The position numbers and the translations under genes are program-made. The notes below the pieces were generated by a model. That model had not been told where the DNA came from. It did not search any database and saw only the letters and a list, made by a program, of their open reading frames with translations. A stretch of 64,000 nucleotides of DNA, from NCBI GenBank assembly GCA_963707215.1, contig CAVPPB010000003.1, positions 448,001-512,000 of the forward strand, written 5' to 3'. Positions 37,338-47,591 of the stretch are shown here, piece after piece (position 1 is the stretch's first letter; every line of letters begins with the position of its first letter). The DNA comes from an uncultured Chloroflexia bacterium. GTDB taxonomy: Bacteria > Chloroflexota > Limnocylindria > Limnocylindrales > CSP1-4.

Positions 37338-38545
37338 CCGACCTGCTCGAGCGCCCCGTCGAGGGCGCGACACCCGCCGGGCTGCAGGCCCCCTGGCGGC
37401 GCTCCACCGTCGTGGCCTTCGTGGCCCACGCCCGTGACGTCGCCAGCCCGGATCGGGAAGCCTTCGCCGAGCGTCTGGCCGCCGAGGCCCCGAGCGAGGG
37501 CGCGATCGTCGTCCACACCTGCCACCGCGTCGAGCTCTACGTCGCCCCGGCCGCATGGGGCGAGCGGCCGCTGCCGTCACTGCCCGACGGCACCCGGACG
37601 CTCGACGACGTCGCCGCCGCCCGTCACCTGATCGAGGTCGCCTGCGGGCTCGACAGCGCCGTGATCGGCGAGGACCAGATCCTGCACCAGCTCCGCGAGA
37701 CCGTCGCCGAGCGCCACTCGACCTTCCCCCTTGAGCCGGTCCTCGACCGGCTCTTCCAGGCGGCGCTCCACGCCGGCCGCCAGGCCCACACCTGGTTCAG
37801 TGGCTCCCACAGGTCCCTGGCCGACGTCGCCCTCGACCTCGTCGAGGAGCGGACCGGCGCGCTCCATGACCGTCCGATCCTGGTCGTCGGGGCCGGCCGG
37901 ATGGGGCGCCTTGCCGCCTTCGCGGCGTCGCGCCGCGGCGGCCACGTCCACATCAGCAATCGACACGAGGACCGGGCCGAGGCCCTGGCCCACGACACCG
38001 GCGGTCGCGTGGTGCCGTGGGGAGGCGTCCCCCTCGACCCGGCTCCGGCGGGCATCGTGCTCGCCATCGGCGGCGCATGGCAGGTCGACCGAGAGGGCTT
38101 GACGGAGCTGCTCGAGGGCAGCGCCGTCGTGGTCGACCTGTCATCGCCGGCCGCCATCGGAGACGACGTCCAGGCGGCCCTGGCCGGACGCTACGTGTCC
38201 GTCGACGAGCTGGCCGAGACACCCGAGGCGACGCTCCCCGGCCGCCTGCGTCGACGGCTCGACACGCTCGTGTCGGAGACCGGCCGAGAGTACTGCCAGT
38301 GGCTCCGGAGCCGCGAGAGCGCACCGGCGATCCGGGCGATGGCCGCCGCGGCCGAGGAGCGCCGGCGAGCCGAGGTCGGCTGGCTCCTTCGCCGGCTGCC
38401 CGACCTGGCCGACGATGAGCAGGCGCTCGTCGAGCAGATGACCCACCGACTCGTTGCGAGCCTGCTCCACGCCCCCTTCTCGGCGCTGAACGCCGATGCC
38501 GACGGGGAGCTCGAGCGGGCCGCCCGAGAGCTGTTCGCACTGTGA
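37334..38545 (+). CDS. hemA: Glutamyl-tRNA reductase
   Basis: TCHRVELY, GLDSAVIGEDQIL, VVGAGRMG and the C-terminal LLHAP dimerisation domain. Confidence 0.9.
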   Translation: MTDLLERPVEGATPAGLQAPWRRSTVVAFVAHARDVASPDREAFAERLAAEAPSEGAIVVHTCHRVELYVAPAAWGERPLPSLPDGTRTLDDVAAARHLIEVACGLDSAVIGEDQILHQLRETVAERHSTFPLEPVLDRLFQAALHAGRQAHTWFSGSHRSLADVALDLVEERTGALHDRPILVVGAGRMGRLAAFAASRRGGHVHISNRHEDRAEALAHDTGGRVVPWGGVPLDPAPAGIVLAIGGAWQVDREGLTELLEGSAVVVDLSSPAAIGDDVQAALAGRYVSVDELAETPEATLPGRLRRRLDTLVSETGREYCQWLRSRESAPAIRAMAAAAEERRRAEVGWLLRRLPDLADDEQALVEQMTHRLVASLLHAPFSALNADADGELERAARELFAL

Positions 38546-40263
38546 CCGCCATGCGTCCCCTCCGCCTCGGCACGCGCGGCAGCGCCCTGGCGCTCGCCCA
38601 GTCTGGCACGGTGGCCGACGCGCTTCGCGCGCTGGGCGCCAAGGTCGAGATCGTCCGCATCCGGACCGAGGGCGACCAGCGGCCGCCGGACACGGCCTGG
38701 GGCGAAGGGGCCTTCGTGGGTGCGCTCGAGCAGGCTCTCCTCGACGGGACGGTCGACCTCGCCGTCCACAGCGCCAAGGACGTCCCGACCACCGAGGACC
38801 CCCGGCTGACCATCGCCGCCTTCCCGGGCCGGGAGGATCCGCGGGACGCCCTGGTGATCGGCGGCGCCGGCGGCTCGCTGGAGTCCCTCCCGGACGGTGC
38901 CAGGGTCGGGACCGACAGTCCCCGCCGATCGGCCTTCCTGCTGGCCCGACGACCGGACCTGCGGCTCCATCCGCTCCACGGCAACGTCGACACGCGGCTC
39001 CGCCGGCTCGCGTCGGGCGAGACCGACGCCCTGGTCCTGGCCGTGGCCGGGCTCACCAGGCTCGGTCTCGCCGAGCGGATCTCGGAGGTCCTCCCGCCTG
39101 AGACCGTGCCGCCGGCCCCCGGTCAAGGCTCGCTGGCGATCCAGTGCCGGTCCGACGACCAGGCGACCCTTGCCTGGGTCCGACGTCTCGACGACGCGGA
39201 CACCCGGGCTGCGGTCGAGGCCGAGCGGACGTTCCTGCGCGCCAGCGGCGGCGGCTGCCGGGCGCCCATCGGCGCGCTGGCCGAGGTCCGCGACGGGACC
39301 CTGACGCTCTCCGCCGGCTCGGCCGGGCCGACCTGGCCGGATGCCGAGCAGCCGGGTGGGCGGGCACCCGTGGTGGCCCGAGGCGAGGTCGCGGGGCCGG
39401 TCGGCGACCGCCTGGCGCTGGCTGCCTCGCTGGCGGTCCGCCTTGCCGACGAGCTCGCGAGCCACCTGCCGCCCGAGCCCGCCAGCCGAGCGCTCCATCG
39501 TGCGGCCCCGCGCGTCCTCGTGACCCGGGCGGTCGAGCAAGCCGGCCCGCTGGTCGCCGCCCTGGAGGAGCGCGGCCTGGACGTGGTCGCCGTCCCGACG
39601 ATCGAGCTCCGCCCCGCGATCCCGGGCGGCGAGCTCGACGACGCCGTCGCAGGCCTCGGCGAGTACCGCTGGGTCGTCGTCACCTCGGCCAACGGTGCCA
39701 GCGCGATCCTCGACGCCGCCGGACGCGTGGGCATCGATCCCGCCGTCGGCCGATGGGCCTCCGTCGGCAGGACCACGACCGCGGTCCTGGCTGGCAGCGG
39801 CATCGAGGTCGCCCTGACGCCGGGCAGGTCAAGCGGCGACGGTCTGGCCGACGAGCTCCCGATCTCGGCCGGCGAGCGCGTCCTGCTGGCCCGGGCCGAC
39901 ATCGCCGACGGGCGCCTGCCGGCGCGGCTGCGCGAACGAGGCGCGGTCGTCGACGAGGTCGTGGCCTACCACACCGTCGAGTCGCCCGAGGCGTCCCGGG
40001 ACCCGCTCCGCCGGGCTCTCGCCGAGGCCCGGTTCGACGCCCTGGTCTTCACCAGCGGATCGACCATCCGCGGTCTCCTGGCGCTCCTCTCACCGCAGGA
40101 GCGGCGCATCGTCCTCCGCGCGCTCGCCTGCTGCATCGGCCCCACCACTGCCCGCGAGGCCCGCGAGGCCGGCTTCGGGCGGATCGTCGAGGCGCCGATG
40201 CAGACCGCCACCGCCCTGGCCGACACGATCGTCGGCGCCGTCCGAGACGAGGTACCCGCATGA
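38542..40263 (+). CDS. hemC: Fused hydroxymethylbilane synthase / uroporphyrinogen-III synthase (HemC-HemD)
   Basis: [25 protein letters not shown] and GGGC; then VLVTRA, TSANG, AYHT, FTSGST and CIGPTT. Confidence 0.93.
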   Translation: MTAMRPLRLGTRGSALALAQSGTVADALRALGAKVEIVRIRTEGDQRPPDTAWGEGAFVGALEQALLDGTVDLAVHSAKDVPTTEDPRLTIAAFPGREDPRDALVIGGAGGSLESLPDGARVGTDSPRRSAFLLARRPDLRLHPLHGNVDTRLRRLASGETDALVLAVAGLTRLGLAERISEVLPPETVPPAPGQGSLAIQCRSDDQATLAWVRRLDDADTRAAVEAERTFLRASGGGCRAPIGALAEVRDGTLTLSAGSAGPTWPDAEQPGGRAPVVARGEVAGPVGDRLALAASLAVRLADELASHLPPEPASRALHRAAPRVLVTRAVEQAGPLVAALEERGLDVVAVPTIELRPAIPGGELDDAVAGLGEYRWVVVTSANGASAILDAAGRVGIDPAVGRWASVGRTTTAVLAGSGIEVALTPGRSSGDGLADELPISAGERVLLARADIADGRLPARLRERGAVVDEVVAYHTVESPEASRDPLRRALAEARFDALVFTSGSTIRGLLALLSPQERRIVLRALACCIGPTTAREAREAGFGRIVEAPMQTATALADTIVGAVRDEVPA

Positions 40264-41300
40264 GCAGCAAGGTGATGGAGCGGCCCGCGCTCCTCGGTGA
40301 TCAGGCCCATGTCCCGGACCCGGCCCATCGGCTCCGCCGCCTCCGCCGGTCGCCCCAGCTGCGGGCGCTGGTCCGGGAGACGCGACCGGATCCACGCCAG
40401 CTGATCGCTCCCCTGTTCGTGCAGCCCGGACGGGCGGTCCGCGACCCCATCTCCTCGCTTCCTGGCGTCTCCCGGCTCTCCCCGGACGAGGCCGTCGCGG
40501 AGGCCCGTCGGCTTGCCGCGCTGAGGGTCGGCGGGATCATCCTGTTCGGCCTGCCGGAGGGCAAGGACGGCGACGGGAGCGGCGCCTGGATCGCCGATGG
40601 GATCATCCAGGACACGCTGGCCCGCCTCCGCGACGAGGACCCCGACCTGGTCCTCGTCGCCGACACCTGCCTCTGCGAGTACACCGACCACGGCCACTGC
40701 GGACCGCTCCTGGCCGACGGCCGGGTCGACAACGACGCCGCCATCGCCCTGCTGGCCGAGACCGCCGTCTCGCAGGCACGGGCCGGGGCCGACATCGTCG
40801 CGCCGAGCGCGATGATGGACGGTCAGGTGGCGGCCATCCGGGCCGGCCTGGACAGCGCCGGCTTCCCCGACACGGCCATCCTGGCCTATGCCGCCAAGAC
40901 GGCTTCGGCCTTCTACGGTCCGTTCCGCGAGGCGGCCGACTCGGCCCCCGCCTTCGGCGATCGGCGCGGCTACCAGCTGGACCCGGCCAACCGGCGCGAG
41001 GCGATGCGCGAGATGACCGTCGACCTCGACGAGGGCGCCGACGCGCTCCTGGTCAAGCCGGCGATGCCGTCGCTCGACATCCTGGCGGCAGCTCGAGCGC
41101 GCTTCGAGGTCCCGATCGCGGCCTACCAGGTGAGCGGCGAGTACGCCCAGATCGAGGCCGCCGCTCGGCTCGGCTGGATCGACCGCCGCCGGACCCACCT
41201 CGAGGCGCTGACCTCGATCGTCCGGGCCGGGGCGGGGATGGTCATCACCTATGCGGCCGCGGATCTCGCCGCCTGGCTGCGGGACGGGATCGAGGCGTGA
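40260..41300 (+). CDS. hemB: Porphobilinogen synthase
   Basis: [34 protein letters not shown] and YQVSGEY. Confidence 0.96.
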   Translation: MSSKVMERPALLGDQAHVPDPAHRLRRLRRSPQLRALVRETRPDPRQLIAPLFVQPGRAVRDPISSLPGVSRLSPDEAVAEARRLAALRVGGIILFGLPEGKDGDGSGAWIADGIIQDTLARLRDEDPDLVLVADTCLCEYTDHGHCGPLLADGRVDNDAAIALLAETAVSQARAGADIVAPSAMMDGQVAAIRAGLDSAGFPDTAILAYAAKTASAFYGPFREAADSAPAFGDRRGYQLDPANRREAMREMTVDLDEGADALLVKPAMPSLDILAAARARFEVPIAAYQVSGEYAQIEAAARLGWIDRRRTHLEALTSIVRAGAGMVITYAAADLAAWLRDGIEA

Positions 41301-42583
41301 CCGTGACCACCAACGGCCGGCAGGCGACCCTCGTGGCGGCGGCCGAGGACCTCTTCCCGGGCGGGGTGAACAGCCCGGTCCGCGCGTTCCGCTCGGTGGG
41401 TCGGCGACCGATCGTCCTCGAGGCGGGCTCCGGGCCGAGGGTCAGGGACGCCGACGGGCACTGGTACGTCGACTTCATCGGCGCCTGGGGACCGGCCATC
41501 CTGGGGCACGCCAACCCCGCGGTCATCGAGGCGGTCCGGGCGGCGGCCCTCGACGGGTTCGCCCTCGGGGCGACGTCGCCGCGCGAGGTCGCCCTCGGCG
41601 CGGCCATCCGGTCGGCGATGCCGTCCCTGGAACGGCTCCGGTTCACCTCCTCGGGAACCGAGGCAGCCATGAGCGCGCTTCGGGTCGCGAGGGGGGCCAC
41701 CGGCAGGGACCTCGTCCTCAAGTTCGCCGGCGGCTACCACGGCCACTCCGACAGTCTCCTCGTCGAGGCGGGGTCGGGCGTCGCCACCCTGGCCCTCCCC
41801 GGCAGCGCCGGAGTCCCGGCCGCCATGGCCGCCGGGACCATCGTCGTGGAGTTCAACGACCTCGAGGCGGTCCGAGCGGCCTTCGCGACCTATCCGGGCC
41901 GCATCGCGGCCGTCATCGTCGAGCCGGTGGCGGCGAACGTCGGGGTGATCCCGCCGGCGCCCGGCTTCCTGGAGGGCCTCCGCGAGGTCACGGCGGCGGA
42001 CGGCGCCCTGCTCGTCTTCGACGAGGTCATCACCGGCTTCCGGGTCGCCCACGGCGGGGCGCAGGCCCGCTTCGGCATCAGGCCGGACCTGACCGTCCTC
42101 GGCAAGATCATCGGTGGCGGGATGCCGATCGGGGCCTACGGCGGGCGCCACGAGCTGATGGACCTGGTCGCCCCGGTGGGGCCCGTTTACCAGGCCGGGA
42201 CGCTGTCCGGGCATCCGATCACGATGGCAGCCGGCACGGCCACCCTGGCCATGCTCGACGGCTCCGTCTACGAGCGGCTCGAGGCAAGCGGGGCGAGGCT
42301 GGAGGCGGAGCTCGCCGACGCGGCAGAGACGGCAGGGCGGACGATCGCCATCACTCGCGTCGGGGCGCTCCTCACCGTCTTCTTCCGGCCGACCCGACCC
42401 GTCTCGAGCGCCGAGGCGATGGCCTCCGACCGGGACGCCTTCGCCCGCTTCTTCGGGGCGATGCTGGACCGCGGCATCCTCCTGCCGCCGTCGCCGTTCG
42501 AGGCCTGGTTCATCTCCCTCGCCCATGACGGCGCCGCCCTCGACGAGACGATCGCGGCGGCCCGGGAGGCCTTCGCGGCATGA
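41297..42583 (+). CDS. hemL: Glutamate-1-semialdehyde 2,1-aminomutase
   Basis: [32 protein letters not shown] and YQAGTLSG. Confidence 0.97.
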   Translation: MTVTTNGRQATLVAAAEDLFPGGVNSPVRAFRSVGRRPIVLEAGSGPRVRDADGHWYVDFIGAWGPAILGHANPAVIEAVRAAALDGFALGATSPREVALGAAIRSAMPSLERLRFTSSGTEAAMSALRVARGATGRDLVLKFAGGYHGHSDSLLVEAGSGVATLALPGSAGVPAAMAAGTIVVEFNDLEAVRAAFATYPGRIAAVIVEPVAANVGVIPPAPGFLEGLREVTAADGALLVFDEVITGFRVAHGGAQARFGIRPDLTVLGKIIGGGMPIGAYGGRHELMDLVAPVGPVYQAGTLSGHPITMAAGTATLAMLDGSVYERLEASGARLEAELADAAETAGRTIAITRVGALLTVFFRPTRPVSSAEAMASDRDAFARFFGAMLDRGILLPPSPFEAWFISLAHDGAALDETIAAAREAFAA

Positions 42584-43674
42584 GCGGTGACGCGACGATG
42601 GCTGCGCCGATCAGCGGGAGCCCGACCGATCGCCGCGCCGAGCCTCGGGCGACGCGCTACCTCCGGGCCACCCGCCGCGAGCCGGTCGACACGACACCGG
42701 TCTGGTTCATGCGCCAGGCCGGCCGGGCCCTGCCCGAGTTCCGGGCCGTCCGGAAGACCGCCTCGCTGGTCGAGATCACCCGCGACCCGGCCCTCTGCGC
42801 CGAGGTGACCCTGCAGCCGGTCCGTCGGCTGGGGGTCGACGCTGCGATCCTCTTCGCGGACATCACCACCCCGCTGGCCGGGCTCGACGTGGCCTTCGAC
42901 ATCAAGCCCGGGGTGGGCCCGGTCATCGATCGGCCGGTCCGCACCCCGGCCGATCTCGCGGCCCTCCGCCCCTTCGAGCGGGATGCCCTCAAGCCGCTCT
43001 TCGAGGCCATCAGCCTCATCCGCGCCGAGAGCCCGGTCCCCCTCATCGGCTTCGCCGGCGCGCCGTTCACCCTTGCCTGCTACCTGGTCGAAGGCGGTCC
43101 CTCGCGGCAGTTCCTGCGGACCCGGACCCTGATGCGCTCGGAGCCGGCCCTGTGGACCGGGCTGATGGACCGGCTCGTCGCCATGACGATCGAGTACCTG
43201 GGTGCCCAGGTCGAGGCCGGCGCCCAGGCCGTCCAGCTCTTCGACTCCTGGGTCGGCGACCTCGGGCCGCGCGACTACGAGCGCCACGTCGCGCCGTGGA
43301 TGCGGCAGCTCTTCGACGGCCTGGTCCCGCTCGGGGTGCCGACCACCCATTTTGGCGTCGGGACCGCGGGGCTGCTGGCCCTCCAGGCCGCTGCCGGCGG
43401 CGACGTCATCGGGCTCGACTGGCACGTGACGCTGGCGGACGGCTGGGGGCTGGTCGGCGACCGCGCGGTCCAGGGCAACCTCGACCCGTCACTGCTCCTC
43501 GGCCCGTTCGAGGACGTCGCCGAAACGTCGCGCTGGATCCTGGACCAGGCCGCCGGCCGGCCCGGCCACGTCTTCAACCTGGGGCACGGCGTGCTGCCCG
43601 ACACCGACGCCGACGACCTCCGCCGGCTCGTCGACCTCGTCCACGACCACCGCCCGCCAAGGAGCGTCCCATGA
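42580..43674 (+). CDS. hemE: Uroporphyrinogen decarboxylase
   Basis: PVWFMRQAGR, DAAILFADI, QLFDSW, QGNLDP and FNLGHG. Confidence 0.97.
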   Translation: MSGDATMAAPISGSPTDRRAEPRATRYLRATRREPVDTTPVWFMRQAGRALPEFRAVRKTASLVEITRDPALCAEVTLQPVRRLGVDAAILFADITTPLAGLDVAFDIKPGVGPVIDRPVRTPADLAALRPFERDALKPLFEAISLIRAESPVPLIGFAGAPFTLACYLVEGGPSRQFLRTRTLMRSEPALWTGLMDRLVAMTIEYLGAQVEAGAQAVQLFDSWVGDLGPRDYERHVAPWMRQLFDGLVPLGVPTTHFGVGTAGLLALQAAAGGDVIGLDWHVTLADGWGLVGDRAVQGNLDPSLLLGPFEDVAETSRWILDQAAGRPGHVFNLGHGVLPDTDADDLRRLVDLVHDHRPPRSVP

Positions 43675-44627
43675 CCACCGACCCCCGACCGGCCGTGCTC
43701 CTCATGGCCTACGGCAGCCCCGATCGGCTCGACCAGGTCGAGGCGTACTACACCGACATCCGCCGCGGCAACCCGCCCCCACCCGAGCTGCTCGAGGAGC
43801 TCCTCGAGCGATACCGCGCGATCGGTGGCGGCTCGCCGCTCTCCGGGATCGTCGAGCGCCAGCGAGCCGCCCTCGAGGCCGAGCTCGCCCGACGCGGCAG
43901 CCCGGTCCCCGTCTACGCCGGCATGCGCCACATCGAGCCGCGGATCGGGGCGATGGTGGGCCGGATGGTCGACGACGGGATCGACGGGTTCGTGGCCATC
44001 GCCCTGGCACCTCAGCGCTCCTCGAACGCCGCCGGCTACCGCCGGGCTGTCGAGGGGCGACTCGCCGACGCGGAGGGCGGGCCGAGCTACCGGATCGTCG
44101 GATCGTGGCACGACGAGCCCTGCTTCATCGAGGCCCTCGCCGCGGCGACCCGGACGGCGCTCGAGCGGACCGCCGACCCGACGACGGCCCGGGTGATCTT
44201 CACCGCCCACAGCCTGCCGACCCGCGTCGTCGCGGAGGGAGACACCTATCCGCAGGAGCTGGCCCGAACGGCCGCCCTCGTGGCCGATCGGCTCCACCTC
44301 GACCGCTACGAGTTCGCTTTCCAGAGCGCCGGGAGGACCGGCGAGCCCTGGCTCGGTCCGGACCTCCGGGACGAGCTGCGGCGACTCGCCAAGGACGGCG
44401 TCTGCGAGGTCGTCGTCTGCCCGGTGGGTTTCGTGGCCGATCACCTCGAGGTGCTCTACGACATCGACATCGAGGCGCGCGCGGTCGCCGATGAGCTCGG
44501 CCTCCGCCTGGAGCGGGCGCCCTCGATGAACGACGACCCGACCTTCATCGCCGGCCTGGCCGACGTCGCCGAGCGGGCGCTCGGCGAGCTGCCGTCCGGC
44601 ACCACCACGGGCGCCGGGGTCGCCTGA
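43671..44627 (+). CDS. hemH: Coproporphyrin ferrochelatase (CpfC/HemH, monoderm type)
   Basis: LLMAYGSP, FTAHSLP, QSAG...PWLGP and GFVADHLEVLYDID. Confidence 0.95.
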   Translation: MTTDPRPAVLLMAYGSPDRLDQVEAYYTDIRRGNPPPPELLEELLERYRAIGGGSPLSGIVERQRAALEAELARRGSPVPVYAGMRHIEPRIGAMVGRMVDDGIDGFVAIALAPQRSSNAAGYRRAVEGRLADAEGGPSYRIVGSWHDEPCFIEALAAATRTALERTADPTTARVIFTAHSLPTRVVAEGDTYPQELARTAALVADRLHLDRYEFAFQSAGRTGEPWLGPDLRDELRRLAKDGVCEVVVCPVGFVADHLEVLYDIDIEARAVADELGLRLERAPSMNDDPTFIAGLADVAERALGELPSGTTTGAGVA

Positions 44628-44630
44628 GCC

Positions 44631-45839
44631 ATGACGACAGGAACCAGGCCGACGATGGCCGCGCAGACCGCTCACGTACCGACGCACCCCGGTGGACATC
44701 CCGGTGGTCACCCGGGCGGACATCCGGGCGGGCACCCGGCTGCCGTCGGGGCGGTCAAGCCGGACGGCTACGTCTACGGCCGCGCTCCGATGCTGGTCTA
44801 CTGGGAGACGACCCTCTCCTGCGGCCTCACCTGCCGCCACTGCCGGGCCACGGCGATGCCGGAGCGGAGCCCCGAGGAGCTGACCAGCGAGGAAGGCTTC
44901 GGGCTGCTCGATCGGATCCTGGGCTTCGGGCGTCCCTTCCCCCACGTGGTCTTCACCGGCGGGGATCCCCTTCGGCGCCCGGATCTCGAGACCCTCGTCG
45001 AGGCCGCCACCGAGCGCGGCATCGGCGCCTCGCTGGCGCCGGCGGCGACCGACGAGCTGACGCTGGAGCGGCTGGCCCGCCTGAAGGCGGCCGGCATCCA
45101 GACGATGTCGCTCTCGATCGACGGGTCGGACGCCGAGCGCCACGATGGCTTCCGGGGCGTTCCCGGCACCTTCGACAAGACGCTCCTGGCGGCCCGCTGG
45201 GCCCACGAGGTCGGCTTGCCGCTCCAGATCAACACCCTCATCACCGACGAGACGCTGTCCGACCTGCCGGCGGTCTACGAGCTGATGACGACGCTCGGGA
45301 TCATCCGCTGGAGCCTCTTCTACCTGATCAGCGTCGGCCGGGGTACCGACCTGCGCGAGATCACGGCGGCCGACTCCGAGCGCCTCAACGGCTGGTTCTA
45401 CGACCTGTCCAGGGAGGCCCCGTTCATCATCAAGACGACCGAGGCGACCCATTACCGGCGGGTCGCCATCCGGCGGATGACCGCGGACGGTCTCGACGAG
45501 GACGCCATCGCCGCGACCTCGGTGGGGCGCGGGTTCGGGGTCCGCGACGGCAACGGGATCATGTTCGTGGCTCACGATGGCTGGGTCTACCCGTCCGGCT
45601 TCCTGCCCGTGCGGACCGGCAACGTCCGGACCGACGACATCGTCGAGCTCTATCGGCAGCACCCCGTCTTCACCGGCCTCCGCGACGTCAGCGCCTTCAA
45701 GGGCCGCTGCGGGCGCTGCGAGTACGCCGAGGTCTGCGGCGGGTCGCGGGCCCGGGCCTTCGCCTGGACGGGCGACTACCTCGAGTCCGATCCGCTCTGC
45801 CCGTACGTGCCGCCGTCGGCGCCCGGCGCGGAGCACTGA
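44631..45839 (+). CDS. Radical SAM/SPASM protein (AhbD/NirJ-like, TIGR04053-type) with N-terminal HPGG repeats
   Basis: WETT..CGLTCRHCRA, FTGGDP, C-terminal CGRC...CGGSRARA...DPLC. Confidence 0.88.
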   Translation: MTTGTRPTMAAQTAHVPTHPGGHPGGHPGGHPGGHPAAVGAVKPDGYVYGRAPMLVYWETTLSCGLTCRHCRATAMPERSPEELTSEEGFGLLDRILGFGRPFPHVVFTGGDPLRRPDLETLVEAATERGIGASLAPAATDELTLERLARLKAAGIQTMSLSIDGSDAERHDGFRGVPGTFDKTLLAARWAHEVGLPLQINTLITDETLSDLPAVYELMTTLGIIRWSLFYLISVGRGTDLREITAADSERLNGWFYDLSREAPFIIKTTEATHYRRVAIRRMTADGLDEDAIAATSVGRGFGVRDGNGIMFVAHDGWVYPSGFLPVRTGNVRTDDIVELYRQHPVFTGLRDVSAFKGRCGRCEYAEVCGGSRARAFAWTGDYLESDPLCPYVPPSAPGAEH

Positions 45840-45861
45840 GCGGACCGGCCGGGACCCATCG

Positions 45862-47591
45862 ATGACCGTCCTCGTCGTCGGCGGAGGCATCACCGGTCTG
45901 GCGACTGCCCATGCCCTGGGCGCCGCCGGGGTGCCGACGCTGCTCGTCGAGGGGTCCGACCGGCTCGGCGGCAAGGTCCGGACCGACCGGACCGAGGGGT
46001 TCCTGGTCGAGTCCGGGCCGGACTCCTTCATCAGCTATCGGCCGGCCGGCCTGGAGCTGTGTCGCGAGCTCGGCCTGGCCGAGGCGGTCATCCGGCCGGT
46101 CGAGCCGCGGACGGTGACGGTCCGGATCGGCGAGCGGTTCGTTCGCCTGCCCGACGGGATGGGCCTGGTCCTGCCGACCCGGATGCGGCCGTTCGTGACC
46201 AGCCGGATGTTCTCGCCGCTGGAGAAGGCCAGGATGGGCCTGGACCTCGTCCTGCCGCGTCGACTCGACGGCACCGACGTCGCCGTCGGGCCCTTCCTTC
46301 GGGGTCGTCTCGGCGGCGCCCTCGTGGAGCGCCTGGCCGGCCCGCTCATCGGCGGCGTCTACGGCACGCCGATCGACGAGCTCAGTCTCGACGCCGTCGT
46401 CCCCCAGCTCCGCGAGGCCGAGCGCGACCACCGCAGCCTGCTGCTGGCCAGCCTGGCCCAGGGGCGGGCTCGGCGCAGGTCCGGCGCGCCGGCCGGCTCC
46501 CCGTTCGTCAGCCTCGCCGGCGGACTCGGCCAGCTCACCGACGCCCTGGTGGCGACGCTCTGGGACTCGCCCCAGGTGGCCCTTCGCACGGGCACGAGCG
46601 TCGTCGGCCTGGAGCGCTCCGGCGGGCACCTGGCCGCGATCCTGGCCGGCGCCGAGCGGCTGGAGGTGGACGGCGTCGTGCTGGCGTCGCCCGCGGCCGT
46701 CTCGGCCGACCTCGTCGAGGACCTCGCGCCGGACGCAGCGACCCACATCCGCTCGATCCCCCACGGCTCGACCGGCGTGGTGACCGTCGCCTACCGCGCC
46801 GACCAGCTGCCCGGTCCCCTCGTGGGGCACGGCTTCCTGGTCGCCGAGGGCGAGCCGCTCGCCATCAGCGCCTGCACCTGGTCCTCGAACAAGTGGCCGG
46901 ACCGGGCGCCCGAGGGCCACGTCCTCCTGCGGGCCTTCATCGGGTCGCCGGGCGAGCGCCTTCTCGGCCGGCCCGACCGACGACGTGCTGGCGGCCGTCC
47001 GGCGGGACCTCGAGGTGACGATGGGCGTCCACGGGGCAACCGGTCCTCGCCCGCGTGTCGCGCTTCAGCGAGTCGATGCCCCACTACACGGTCGGCCACC
47101 TGGGGCGGGTCGCGGCCGCCGACGACGCCCTCGCTGCAGTGCCGGGCCTGGTTCTGGCCGGCGCCGCCTTCCGGGGCGTCGGCATCCCCGACTGCATCGC
47201 CGGGGGCCGCGGCGCCGCCAGGGCCATCCAGGCCCACCTCGGCGGCGGCGCGACCCGGTCGACGGCCGCGACGGGGACGGGGATCGCCACGGGCGCCAGC
47301 CGCGGCCGCGATGGTGGCACTCCCGACGGCAGAGCCCCGACACCGCTCGACTCCCTGCCCGTGGGCGCCACCGGCACGGTCGCCGTCGTGGCGAGCGCCC
47401 ATCGCGACGAGCTCGCCTCCGAGGGTCTCCGCCCCGGCGTCCGGGTCGGCCTGGAGGCCGCGGCGCCCGTCGGCGGACCGCTGGTGATCTCGGTGGGGCG
47501 GGCTCGCGTCGCCGTGGCCCGCTCGGTCGCCAGGACGGTCCTCGTCGCCCCGAGTGAGCGGATCTCGGACGGCGCCCCGGCCGACCCGTGA
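45862..47591 (+). CDS. hemY: Coproporphyrinogen III oxidase (HemY/CgoX) fused to a C-terminal FeoA domain; two frameshifts at ~46978 and ~47030-47040
   Basis: VVGGGITGL, ESGPDSF, CTWSSNKWP. ORF 47055..47591 carries MPHYTVGH...GVGIPDCI followed in frame by LDSLPVG...GLRPGVRV...APVGGPLVISVGRARVAV (FeoA). Confidence 0.85.

Noticed and set aside
38542-40263. HemC-HemD fusion as a novelty
   Set aside because: Fusions among consecutive hem enzymes are known; recorded as a feature only.
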